Assembly (NCBI GenBank): GCA_002269645.1
Contig: NIVC01000186.1
Location: 652,001-716,000 of the forward strand
From: Macrostomum lignano
Lineage: Eukaryota
Length of the DNA: 64,000 bases
Direction: 5' to 3'
Shown: one piece after another, positions 38,001-50,061 of the stretch
Layout: each line of letters starts with the position of its first letter
How positions within the stretch are numbered: position 1 is the first letter of the stretch
Made by a program: the position numbers and the translations under genes
Notes under the pieces: model-generated
Told to the model about the DNA's origin: nothing
What the model saw: the letters and a program-made list of their open reading frames with translations, nothing else
The model's database searches: none

Positions 38001-40959
38001 GGATTGAAGCTGCGTCTGTGCGGAGCTGCAAATTGATGAACTCTCGAAATGTCTAAACAGAATTGCCCACAGCTTGTTGCGTCCCCCCACCCAGCCGTAC
38101 GTTGGCTGCCTCCCATGTCTCTGTCGATCTCCTTGAAATCTCCTCAATGCGGCTTGCAAATGAAAACCCGCCACGAAACCTGCTTTGAGATTTCTTAGTC
38201 TCAAATAGACGGCATTGGAAACTCGGCTTGAGAGCCTTCTAATTGAAAAGGCACAGCTTTACACTATTGCTACTGGCTTATTCCCAAGTCTTCGTTGCTT
38301 CAAGCCTCTTTAAAATAGTCTGATTGATTGATTTCGAGTTTCTCCAACGCTTAGTCTGAGTGTTGATCCAATAGCTTCGGAATTGTAGCGGGAAGGGTTT
38401 AAGAAACAGTTGGAAAAAAGCAATACTTTAAAATAGATAACCAGCTACTTAAGGCAAAAGAAGACCAAACCGAATTACATGGGGTCTTTGCATTTGGCAT
38501 GCCAATCATAAGTCGAAAGTAGTATAAAAGCACTGGCTTTTCTAGTATTACCTGTGGTTCGGCGAAATAGACAGGTAGGACAGCTGCTCCTGGCCCTGTA
38601 GCTTTCTTAGAGAGCCCTAGAAAATCTGGATTAGGACCTCGTAAATAACGCGGCAGAAAGGCGCAGGGAGATGCTGTGACGGTAGTCGTATAGAAATTTA
38701 TAGATGTCTAAAAACTGCTGCATAGCTCATATTTCGTTCACGAAGCATGAGAAAGTTCTAGATGATTTGCATGGTGATTACGAGTACAGGTGAACAACAC
38801 GTCCTTACAATCCTACATGTAAAGGCGATTCAGATAGCCTTAGAAGCAAATAAACAAATGTCTCTATAGAATTTCCATGTGATTCATAATAAGAATGAGC
38901 GGAAAACATTGCATTGAACCAGAGGACACCAAGTGGCAGCTTTACTCCAACTCTGGCCATAACTCTTCAGTCTCTCCTCACCAGCCTAAGCTGGGGAAGC
39001 CAATTTGTGATTGCGTCACTCACAGTTGACGAAAACCACAGGTGTGGTATATGAATTACGTCACTTGGGACTGAGATGAGGAAATTTGACTACTGTTTCG
39101 GGTGGAAACTTAAAAATCTGGCCGAGTTCCTCCATCACTGTACTAAGACTGAGTACGACGTCGTTACAAGTTATTTATATCTACATTACATCTACGAGAA
39201 TAATTGATTGATTTCAGAAAAAAACAGCCCAACGAATTTTCATGAAACTTGCACCATTCGATTAGACAATTTCCGGTGACGCTACGGGTCGTGGCTAAGA
39301 AATGTCTTAATGATCAGGATATTACATATTAAAAAAACATGTTTTTTTGCAAAGTTTGAGCAGAATTGTTCTCCACTACTAGGCATTTCGATTAGAGTTG
39401 AATGATGATTGCATCATAAGACAGCGCCTGGTAACTCAGCAGACGCCGGCCTGAATTGCGTAACAATTGCAACTTAGACTTGATTTAGACTGCGTCGACC
39501 CTTTAGTTAACTGTAATAGAGACTGATACTGACTGCTTGAGAACTTTATTATGCCATAACTGCTTCCTGTAATTTTTACTCTAAGCGGCTTGATGAGAGA
39601 ACTAATTCATAAGCAATTAATTAGTCGTTTCCACTCTACTAAATTGATGAGATGTCATGACTTACGAGGGGATTGCTGAGCTGTCAAGGCAAAGGATTCA
39701 CAAAAATAAATTTCATCCCTTTCTTACTGGTCGCCCCAAAGGGGGGCATTATTTTTGTGCTAGTCCACTATACTAAAAATGGTTTGGCTCTAGATATCTA
39801 TCTACCTAGTAAAGTGCTACAATGAACGAAAGTTAGCCTAGATGAGAGCAGACTGAACTGCTAATGCAGCTACCTGAGTTGGAATTTTGATCATATAAAA
39901 TTATTTTTATTAAAAGCTTTCATCAACTGAAGCAGACTTAACAAAAAGAAAATAACTTAACATAAAAGAATCACCTTGTCAACCACAGAAGACTCATGGA
40001 GAAATTGCTGAAATCTCGTTCATGCAGGGGGGGGGATTGCTAAAATGCTGTGACTCACGGGAAAAGGGTTGCTCAGATGCCAGGGATCAATTGGGAGTTA
40101 GTAGGCTAAGTATCGAAGGGAGAGTCATGGTTGAGCGATGTCTTAAAGGGAGGCTTTGATCCCAAAGCTCATAGGAGATGCTGATAGCTTAGCCCAGATA
40201 GCTGGATTTCAGGGCGGATGCTTCTTTGCTTCAAACATGATTTTCCTTTAAAAAACTAACAATATAGTGGCTGTACAAGGCCAAAAGCTACATGTAACTT
40301 ATTCAAAAATATTTATTCTCTTGCTTTGCTGCTTTCCCTATCGGGCTGCGCAGATTGCTAGTGTATTTCTATATATAGCTGCTTCTGCTGCTAATATATG
40401 ATGTAACTTAATCAGTAAAACATCTACTGTAGTCTAGCTATAGTAAATCGGAGAAATTTTGCATCTGCAACATGATTGTAGCTTTTGAATCGAGTCAATC
40501 ATCTTCGTCTCAAAGATTTCATCAAGTCACTTCATCGAAACAGGAAGTTTTTTTAATAAGAAAAGTCACTTTTTCGTGCTAAACGGAAGAGAGTGAAATT
40601 TGAATTACAAAGCAAACAGCAGCGCTTTACAAGGAAGCGTGGAACATATACCAGCTGTTTGGTGATCCAAGTGTACTCGTAGCCAGCATTGCTCTGTGCA
40701 GTGGGCAAACATTTGCCAACACGGATACACGCCGATGTAGGCCTACTGGAAGCTTGGTGTCAACTTCTGTAGCGTTTGCAACGACAGGACACGCATAGTG
40801 TCACATTGACCGTCGACTGCAAACCGTGACATCAAGTTTTCCACTGTTGCTCTATTCCTGGAAGCTTTCGTGAAGATATACTCTCGAGAATTGCACAGTG
40901 CATGCTTGGAACAAGTGAAACAATTGCCTCATTTGTTCGTCGCATGTTCCCAAAGTGTA

Positions 40960-41512
40960 CCATTTGTGTACTTGAGATCTGTGTCCCAACTGCACCATTT
41001 GTGTCCTTGAGATCTGTGTCCCAACTGCACCATTCGTGTCCTTGAGATCTGTGTCCCAACTGCACCATTCGTGTCCTTGAGATCTGTGTCCCAACTGCAC
41101 TATTCGTGTCCTTGAGATCTGTGTCCCAACTGCACCATTCGTGTCCTTGAGATCTGTGTCCCAACTGCACTATTCGTGTCCTTGAGATCTGTGTCCCAAC
41201 TGCACTATTTGTGTCCTTGAGATCTGTTTCCCAACTGCACTATTCGTGTCCTTGAGATCTGTGTCCCAACTGCACTATTCGTGTCCTTGAGATCTGTGTC
41301 CCAACTGCACTATTCGTGTCCTTGAGATCTGTGTCCCAACTGCACTATTCGTGTCCTTGAGATATGTGTCCCAACTGCACCATTCGTGTCCTTGAGATCT
41401 GTGTCCCAACTGCACCATTTGTGTCCTTGAGATCTGTGTCCCAACTGCACCATTCGTGTCCTTGAGATCTGTGTCCCAACTGCACCATTTGTGTCCTTGA
41501 GATCTGTGTCCC
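40960..41512. repeat. 35-bp minisatellite
   Basis: Unit GTGTCCTTGAGATCTGTGTCCCAACTGCACCATTC. Confidence 0.95.
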
Positions 41513-41987
41513 GACTACTCCAATTGTTAAGCAAGCTACTGATAGTAGGAAAAAGCCAAAATGAATTATAACAGTTACACTAGCTGCATATGCTAGTCGG
41601 ATGCAAAGTAGAGTATTATTGAATGATGCTTAGCTTGTGTAAAATTTAACTGGGAATGTATTGTCAATAATGTTCATAACAAAGTTTATCGCATTCAAAA
41701 CGATCATAGCAATTAATGTAGATGCAAAGGGTTAAAAGCTAGATTTGAATTGTAAACAGACTATACAAAACTGTTGGTCCAAATTAGCAAAATTCGTTAT
41801 AAATTAATTGTTAAATTGCAAGTGGCAACGGGAAATCAATCTTTTATAAGTACAAGTGTTCTACTGTCCTTAGTTAGTCAACATCGTAGGTCAACTATAT
41901 AAGATGATGATAAACTTAGAACTATAACAATAGCAATTATTCATTCTATCTATCACAAAGAGCGTTACATGTACATGAGAGGGTTGG

Positions 41988-42622
41988 TGACGCCTCCTGA
42001 GGGACCGATGGAGTTTAGTGGCGCCTCCTGAGGGACCGATGGAGTTTAGTGGCGCCTCCTGAGGGACCGATTGAGTTTAGTGGCGCTTCCTGAGGGACCG
42101 ATGGAGCTTAGTGGCGCTTCCTGAGGGACCGATGGAGTTTAGTGGCGCCTCCTGAGGGACCGATTGAGTTTAGTGGAGCTTCCCGAGGGACCGATGGAGC
42201 TTAGTGGCGCCTCCTGAGGGACCGATGGAGTCTAGTGGCGCCTCCTGAGGGGCCGATGGAGTTTAGTGGCGCCTCCTGAGGGACCGATGGAGTTTAGTGG
42301 CGCCTCCTGAGGGGCCGATGGAGTTTAGTGGCGCCTCCTGAGGGGCCGATGGAGTTTAGTGGCGCCTCCTGAGGGGCCGATGGAGTTTAGTGGCGCCTCC
42401 TGAGGGACCGATGGAGCTTAGTGGCGCTTCCTGAGGGACGGATGGAGTTTAGTGGCGCCTCCTGAGGGACCGATGGAGCTTAGTGGCGCCTCCTGAGGGA
42501 CCGATGGAGCTTAGTGGCGCCTCCTGAGGGACCAATGTAGCTTAGTGGCGCCTCCTGAGGTACCGATGGAGCTTAGTGGCGCCTCCTGAGGGACCGATGG
42601 ACCTAAGTTGCGCCTCCTGAGG
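41988..42622. repeat. 31-bp minisatellite 3' of the tetraspanin
   Basis: Unit GTGGCGCCTCCTGAGGGACCGATGGAGTTTA. Confidence 0.95.
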
Positions 42623-42714
42623 TGCCAAGAAGTACACGTATAGCTAGCGGTACTGGATGAAATTTACGGGCGTTAAGATACAATATATATGTGATACTGA
42701 ACTACAAAGGAATG

Positions 42715-45700
42715 TCAAAAGTTCGATTGCCGTTTTTTGCCCGCCTGCACCGGCGGCGGCCCAAGATGACGCTGTTGCTGTTGCTGTGGGTTCCGCGGCT
42801 TCAGAGGCTGGGCGGACAAGGCGATGGCCGGCTTGTGCTGCTGCTGAGGCGGTCGCTTCATTGGCTGCGCTTGCAGCGCCTGAGGGGCGGCTGATTTCTG
42901 CGGCTGCGGCTGCGCGGGCTGGCTGGCCACTGTCAAGCTGCCAAATGAGGCTTCTTCGCCGGTTTCGCTGGGATACTGGGCCGCTACACTACTGTTGGCC
43001 AGACTGGCGCGTGGCTTCGGTACCGGTGGCTGCTGCTGCGGCTGCGGCTGCTGCTGCTGCGGCTGCGGCTGCTGCTGCTGCGGCTGCTGCTGCTGCTGCT
43101 GCTTCTGCTGCCGAGGTCTGACCGGTTGAGCGTGGATAGCATTGGGCGGCGGACGAACCGGCGGCTCACTGAACAGTGACCGGGCCGCCACGCTTGGCAA
43201 AGACGACTCCGATGGCGGCCTGTTGAGCCCGTTGACGCCCCCGCAAGTGCCTGGCGGCTCGCTGAACAGCGAGTGCCGGCTGTTGTACACCGAGGAGCCC
43301 GACCGGAGCGGCTGGGACGTCAGCAGAGACTGCTGATGGCCGCCGCGCAAGCTGCCAACTACGCTGCCTGATAAATGACGTTGAAGCGTGCGGCATCGTA
43401 AGTAGTTGTCATGGAAATTCCTAATGACCTTGAGGGAATCCCGCAATAAGGCTAGAGTGTCGGATGAATCGGTGATCTTGGGAAATATCTTGGAACCTTG
43501 GAAAACGCATGAGCGGTTGGGAATTATTAATGATCTTGGAACTCACTCAATGACTTTGAGATTCACCGAACGTCCCTACGGAAAGTTTAATAATCTTATA
43601 AATTTCTCCACAACATTGGAAATCTCTTTGCGACCTTGAAAATCTCTCAATGACCTTGGGAATTCCTCAAAAACATTTGGGGTCTCTTAGCGACCTTGGA
43701 AATCTATCAATGACCTTGGGAATTCCTCATAAAATTAGGGGATCTCTTAGCGACCTTGGAAATCTCTCGATGACCTTGGGAATTCCTTATAAAATTGGGG
43801 GATCTCTTAGCGACCTTGGAAATCTCTCGATGACCTTAGGAATTCCTCATAAAATTGGGGATCTCTTAGCGACCTTGGAAATCTCTCGATGACCTTGGGA
43901 ATTCCTCATAAAATTGGGGATCTCTTAGCGACCTTGGAAATCTCTCGATGACCTTGGGAATTCTTCATAAAATTGGGGGATCTCTTAGCGACCTTTGGAA
44001 GTTTTGCAGTAACCTTGGGAATCTGTCAGTAACTTTGAGAATCTCTCAACTTTGTTCAAGTTTCTACGATTGAAGATGAAATATTGTTACCTGGCCTCGA
44101 GTTGCCAAATTGTTGTTCCCGCTGTTTCTGCTTCAGCTGATTGCCTGCCTGCTGTCTGCAGCTCTGCACCAGGCCGAAAGCAACGGGGCCGGCGGCCAGA
44201 ACGGCACCAAAAAACACCAACACGCCGACGATAATGTGCCGATTACTGAAGGCCTCCAAGTCGGCAGTGCAGGCCTCAAAACAGCCGATAGGATGCATGT
44301 AGGGATTCTCTGAGGGCACGGCCGGCCGGTTGTTGGTGCAGTCGGCCAGTTTGGCCGGGTCGGCGTGCGCCTCTGCGGTGCAGCAGCTGTCCGGAATGTT
44401 TGGCGTCGTGTGCGGTGTGCCTTCGCTGAGCTGGCGGTACCAGGGCGTGTTCTTGTAGGCCTGGAGGAGGGCGGGTTGAGTGCTACCTACTCAGCAATGG
44501 GCCGCGACGTCATGAGGAACTCAAAAAAGGCCAACGAGTACTTGCAAGTAATGATAGAAACACCTGTGTGTGCTTGAGTCTTGAGTCCTGGAGTGCTTGT
44601 GCTTGAGTGCTTGAGTCCCATTCACACATCTGTGTGTGTGCTTGAGCTCACTGTCCCATTCACACATCTGTGTGTGTGCTAGAGCTCACTGTCCCATTCA
44701 CACACCTGTGTGTGTGCTAGAGCTCACTGTCCCATTCACACATCTGTGTGTGTGCTTGAGCTCACTCTCCCATTCACACCTGTGTGTGTGCTTGAGCTCA
44801 CTGTCCCATTCACACCTGTGTGTGTGCTTGAGCTCACTGTCCCATTCACACCTGTGTGTGTGCTTGAGCTCACTGTCCCATTCACACACCTGTGTGTGTG
44901 CTTGAGCTCACTGTCCCATTCACACACCTGTGTGTGTGCTTGAGCTCACTGTCCCATTCACACACCTGTGTGTGTGCTTGAGCTCACTGTCCCATTCACA
45001 CACCTGTGTGTGTGCTTGATCTCACTCTCCCATTCACACACCTGTGTGTGTGCTAGAGCTCACTGTCCCATTCACACACCTGTGTGTGTGCTTGAGCTCA
45101 CTGTCCCATTCACACACCTGTGTGTCTGCTTGAGCTCACTGTCCCATTCACACACCTGTATGTGTGCTTGAGCTCACTGTCCCATTCACACACCTGTGTG
45201 TGTGCTAGAGCTCACTGTCCCATTCACACATGTGTGTGTGCTTGAGCTCACTGTCCCGTTCACACGTGTGTGTGCTAGAGCTCACTGTCCCATTCACACA
45301 TGTGTGTGTGCTTGAGCTCACTGTCCCGTTCACACATGTGTGTGTGCTTGAGCTCACTGTCCCGTTCACACATGTGTGTGTGCTTGAGCTCACCCTCCCC
45401 ATTCCAACTTTAGAAGTACACAAGCACTTGAAGTCTCACCATCTGAGCCCTGTTGGTGCGGACAGCGCAGCACTTGGCATCTTTCTGCAGCTGGTTCCAG
45501 GCCTCGTACAGAGCCGTATCGCTCGGGCCGTACCGCTGCAGCGAGCTGTCCAGGCTGGCCTCCAGCCCGGTCTGGGCGCTGCCGGCCTTCAAGCTGCCAG
45601 CCAGCCCCAGCGCGGCCAAAGCCAGAACAGCCGCCAAGGCCAGGGTGATACAGGCGGCAAGGTCCAGGCCTCGATTCCCGTACAGCTGGCTGATTAATGC

Positions 45701-45913
45701 GGTCAGAGCGGCCAGGACAACCAGGCCAGCAGCCGCCATGTCCAGGTACATCGGTACATAGGCAGAGTCAGCGTAGCTCAGCACCGGCCGCAGGCTTCTG
45801 GCTGGACCCTGGACGGTGAGGGCGAGGCCCATGGCGGCGAGGCAGAGGACGATGCCCAGCACGCACAGGGCCAGAGTGGCCGCTCGCAGTTTCGGACTCG
45901 ACGTCTTGCGCAT
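42715..45913 (-). CDS. Tetraspanin-like four-TM protein with long low-complexity C-tail, 3 exons, 498 aa
   Basis: Exons 45913-45440 (GCCATG start), 44460-44091, 43367-42715 join in frame; three N-terminal TMs, large extracellular loop (EC2) with KCCA..IPDSCC..C..GCF, fourth TM IIVGVLVFFGAVLAAGPVAFGLV. Confidence 0.8.
43625..44045. repeat. 60-bp minisatellite in tetraspanin intron 2
   Basis: Units recur at a 60-nt period (ATCTCTTAGCGACCTTGGAAATCTCTCGATGACCTTGGGAATTCC...). Confidence 0.92.
44615..45395. repeat. 36-38-bp minisatellite in tetraspanin intron 1 (block 1)
   Basis: Unit CTTGAGCTCACTGTCCCATTCACACACCTGTGTGTGTG; same unit at 47673-48300. Confidence 0.95.
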
Positions 45914-46137
45914 GGCGGAGACTTTTGAATCTTCCTTGTTGTTGTTGTTGTTGCTGATGTGGCTGACTGTGGCGCCTTGCCTCGCTCTTGCTGCCTTTGC
46001 TTTTGACGATTCCGTGTTTACTGAACGTTTCTGGGGCTGAATGGGGTTCCAAGAATGGGGATTTGTTAGAGAATAATCTTCTATGCTGGGTTTTTTGCAC
46101 TTTCTAAAATTAGATAGGGTAGACATTGTCCAGCTTA

Positions 46138-47000
46138 TTTTGTGAATGGGTCAGGTGAGATTGTGAATAGATTAGGTGAGGTTGTGAATAGATTAGGTGA
46201 GGTTGTGAATGGGTTAGGTAGGTTGTGAATGGGTTAGGTAGGTTGTGAATGGGTCAGGTAGGTTGTGAATGGGTAAGGTGGGTTGTGAATGGGTTAGGTA
46301 GGTTGTGAATGGGTCAGGTGAGATTGTGAATTGGTCAGGTGAGATTGTGAATTGATCAGGTGAGATTGTGAATTGGTCAGGTGAGATTGTGAATAGATTA
46401 GGTGAGGTTGTGAATAGGTTAGGTAGGTTGTGAATGGGTTAGGTAGGTTGTGAATGGGTCAGGTGGGTTGTGAATGGGTTAGGTAGGTTGTGAATGGGTC
46501 AGGTGAGATTGTGAATCGGTCAGGTGAGATTGTGAATCGGTCAGGTGAGATTGTGAATGGGGTAGGTTAGGTTGTGAATGGGTCTGGTTAGGTTGTGAAC
46601 GGGGTCAGTTTCGGTTGTGAATGGGTCAAGTTAGGTTGTGAATGGGTCAGGTGAGATTGTGAATGAACCAGGTGAGATTGTGAATTGATCAGGTTAGGTT
46701 GTGAATGGGTCAGGTTAGATTGTGAATGGGTCAGGTGAGATTGTGAATGGGTCAGGTTAGATTGTGAATTGGTCAGGTTAGATTGTGAATGGGTCAGGTT
46801 AGGTTGTGAATGGGTCAGGTTAGATTGTGAATTGATCAGGTGAGATTGTGAATTGATCAGGTGAGATTGTGAATTGGTCAGGTTAGATTGTGAATGGGTC
46901 AGGTGAGATTGTGAATGGGTCAGGTTAGGTTGTGAATGGGTCAGGTTAGATTGTGAATGGGTCAGGTGAGATTGTGAATGGGTCAGGTTAGGTTGTGAAT
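46138..47000. repeat. 20-21-bp minisatellite (TTGTGAATGGGTCAGGTGAGA) upstream of the tetraspanin ATG
   Basis: Tandem units read directly. Confidence 0.93.
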
Positions 47001-47672
47001 GTTTCACGTCAGAATCTAATCACTTCCGGGTTCAGTCAGTTATTAAACTAAACTATCAAGTGAACTATTCTTGATCAAAACGAAATGTTTAATACCAACT
47101 TACCTTTTAGACCAAATCGTGTTAATTTTGTAAAATGTTTTGGAGAAGTTTTTTATAAGATAGAAAACAGAAAATCGAAATGAAAAAAGTTTCTCGACAG
47201 TGTCCGAAGTGCGAAGGTGGAGCTCACCGATCTCTCTTAGTCTCTAATTTCTCTCTGTGGGCTGCAATGCCAGGCATGTACGGCAGGAGTGCCTTCCCTC
47301 TCTCTCTCTTCAACAGGACAGAACTGGTTAGAGAGAGCGGAGAGAGGGCGAGGTCAGAGAGAGAGAGGAGAGAGGTTGGGTAGGGTTACACTGTACCCCA
47401 ACCTAGAGTCCGCTTCTCTACCCTCCTTACCCTCCTCTCCCTCCCTTGAGCGCACAGGAGCTCAGCTTATTGCTTCGTTCAACCCACGCCCAAAATGTGG
47501 GCATGGCCAACCAAGTAGCAAAGCACATTACTTGCATAGACTGTACAGTGCTATGCGACACCTTGGTGACTCAGATTACCGAGCCATTGCTTATCACTTG
47601 AAATTCGAATCTATTATTATGTTTATGAAGTATACAATTTCTGTTGCTAACCTCGTATTTATAAATTTCTCA

Positions 47673-48300
47673 GTGTGCTTGAGCTCACTGTCCCATTCAC
47701 ACATCTGTGTGTGTGCTTGAGCTCACTGTCCCATTCACACATCTGTGTGTGTGCTTGAGCTCACTGTCCCATTCACACACCTGTGTGTGTGCTAGAGCTC
47801 ACTGTCCCATTCACACACCTGTGTGTGTGCTAGAGCTCACTGTCCCATTCACACATCTGTGTGTGTGCTAGAGCTCACTGTCCCATTCACACATCTGTGT
47901 GTGTGCTTGAGCTCACTGTCCCATTCACACACCTGTGTGTGTGCTTGAGCTCACTGTCCCATTCACACATCTGTGTGTGTGCTTGAGCTCACTGTCCCAT
48001 TCACACATCTGTGTGTGTGCTTGAGCTCACTGTCCCATTCACACATCTGTGTGTGTGCTTGAGCTCACTGTCCCATTCACACATCTGTGTGTGTGCTTGA
48101 GCTCACTGTCCCATTCACACACCTGTGTGTGTGTGCTTGAGCTCACTGTCCCATTCACACACCTGTGTGTGTGCTTGAGCTCACTGTCCCATTCACACAC
48201 CTGTGTGTGTGCTTGAGCTCACTGTCCCATTCACACACATGGGTGTTTGATCTCACTCTCCCATTCACACACCGGTGTGTGTGCTTGAGCTCACTCTCCC
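47673..48300. repeat. 36-38-bp minisatellite, block 2
   Basis: Same unit and orientation as 44615-45395. Confidence 0.95.
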
Positions 48301-48589
48301 GTGACTTTCAAAGTAAAAGAGAAAAAGTAAAAAATGGTGGCTTTTGTACTGATAGCTTTGTAGATGTACTAAATGTTTTTAATTGAATAAGGCATAAAAA
48401 GATATTTTTGTGCAGCCAAATACAGTAGAAATTTACTTTCTGGAAGTTAAAGCAAACTTGAAAAAAAGTTCAAAAACGAGCCCCGGCAGTTTTCGGCCTG
48501 GACGGAACCGACTGAACTCGATGATTGTGATGGTGATGCCGCTGCAGTTGCTTCTGCCTCTGCTGCCTCGGGGTGAGCGCCGCTCCGCC

Positions 48590-48802
48590 GAGCTCTGGAG
48601 GTGCAGTGTTCGATGACTCGCCCGGACCCTGGTGATGCTCATGTGGCTGATGTCTGGAATAATTAGAGGCCAAATTCCACTGACTCCTGAGAATGCAACC
48701 GTACACACGCTCACACAGGGTCTGGCATGTACACCCTGTGTACCTGGGGGTTGGCCCTCATGGTGTGAATTGCACGACAGCCCCCTGGGTAAATTTTCGT
48801 GA
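48590..48802 (-). mobile_element. SINE family B copy, headless and internally deleted
   Basis: Reverse strand CACGAAAATTT..GGGGGCTGTCGTGCAATTCACACCATGAGGGCCAAC..CCCTGTGTGAGCGTGTG..CTCAGGAGTCAGTGGAAT. Confidence 0.68.
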
Positions 48803-48879
48803 ATTTCGTGAAAATGAATTAGTAAGTAGTAGTATGTAGGAGTAAGTAGTATCACTTCAAGCAAAAAGTACAGTATTAT

Positions 48880-49389
48880 TTACTTTTTTGACGGAATTGA
48901 TGTGAAGCCGCACCAGTCTTTGCTCTTCATCTCTAACACGCGCTGCCTGTCCAGCATCTGATCGGCAGCCTCCTCTCTGTCATCCACCTTCAGATCACTG
49001 ACCTCGCCGTCCCCAGCTGGCGTGAAGCTGCGGTCGCCGCAGTCGCCGCCTCGCCGATAATACCAGGAACCGGCCTGCCGGCTCGCCTGCGGCACCCGCC
49101 GTTTAGCGAACCAATCATCGATGCTGGGAGTCAGCTGACTGTCCAGCAGCCTCGCCAGCTCCATCAGTACCCGACGCTCGCGTTTCTCGAAGTCGCGGTC
49201 GAACGTGGAACGATCGCGGTCCAGTCTGACCCTGTCCTGACAGAGCCGCTGCTGCTGCTGCAGGCTGGCCTCGCGGACTCGAACTTCAGCCATCGGCGGG
49301 TGCCGGGCGTCGGAGCGACAACTTCCGGTGCCGCTGCGGCCTCCGCCGGCTCGGCTTGACAGCTGACGACCGGCGGCAGACGTTGGCAT
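48880..49389 (-). CDS. Uncharacterised 169-aa protein with a predicted coiled coil
   Basis: Single GC-rich ORF flanked by AT-rich DNA; heptad-like LQQQQRLCQDRVRLDRDRSTFDRDFEKRERRVLMELARLL; no family recognised. Confidence 0.6.
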   Translation of the reverse strand: MPTSAAGRQLSSRAGGGRSGTGSCRSDARHPPMAEVRVREASLQQQQRLCQDRVRLDRDRSTFDRDFEKRERRVLMELARLLDSQLTPSIDDWFAKRRVPQASRQAGSWYYRRGGDCGDRSFTPAGDGEVSDLKVDDREEAADQMLDRQRVLEMKSKDWCGFTSIPSKK

Positions 49390-50061
49390 GTCGGAACTGC
49401 CTCAAGCAAGGTTAAAGAGTTCTAAAGGCAGCCTGAGGGTTCGCCAAGCCTTGCGTCAAAATTGCTGCTTTTAATAAGCAGCCAGCGGCAGAAAGAAAAA
49501 CAAAACTTGGCAGAGAGAAAAAGAACAGCACAGGAAAACTCATTTAACCTGTCAGCGGGGTGTCACAAATTCATCCACAGAATAATGTACAGCGCGTTTT
49601 ATTGTTCCATTCTAAATAAGTTTCTTTTTCAGAATTGTTTCTCAATTGCAGTCCTTGAGGGGCCACTGAAGTGAGACCGCGCGGCCCTTCGCTCACTCGG
49701 ACTCCAAAAATCTAATCTAAGATGTTTAGTTTGGCTCAGCCTGAATGAGTAAAGAGGTTGTTGCCACTTCACATGCTATATTTCGTAGGGGACCTGAATT
49801 TCAATGTGAAATTTAGAAGCATTGATTGAAAGCGGCGATTTTAGCAGCTGAGTCAAGTCTGCCCCTGTCTGTCTGTTGGAATTGTCTATGGCCAGAACCT
49901 CTGCCGCGCCGAGCAAGCTGGGGCAGCGCTATCTATGCTATTCGCGTACAGTGTCACTTTTTAGCTCTATCGAGTCTTAAAGAGACTGGGGCGTAGAGCA
50001 GAGCGAGATTGAGCCCTCACTTTTACTGCTAAGTGACAATTGCAACCAAGAGACCAAAGCT
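49390..50061. promoter_or_regulatory. Probable bidirectional promoter between head-to-head genes
   Basis: Positional only: divergent ATGs at 49389 (-) and 50062 (+) are ~670 nt apart. Confidence 0.35.

Noticed and set aside
45914-46126. 71-aa N-terminal extension of the tetraspanin
   Set aside because: A-rich, low-complexity, UTR-like sequence; the ATG at 45913 has a GCCATG context and directly precedes TM1.
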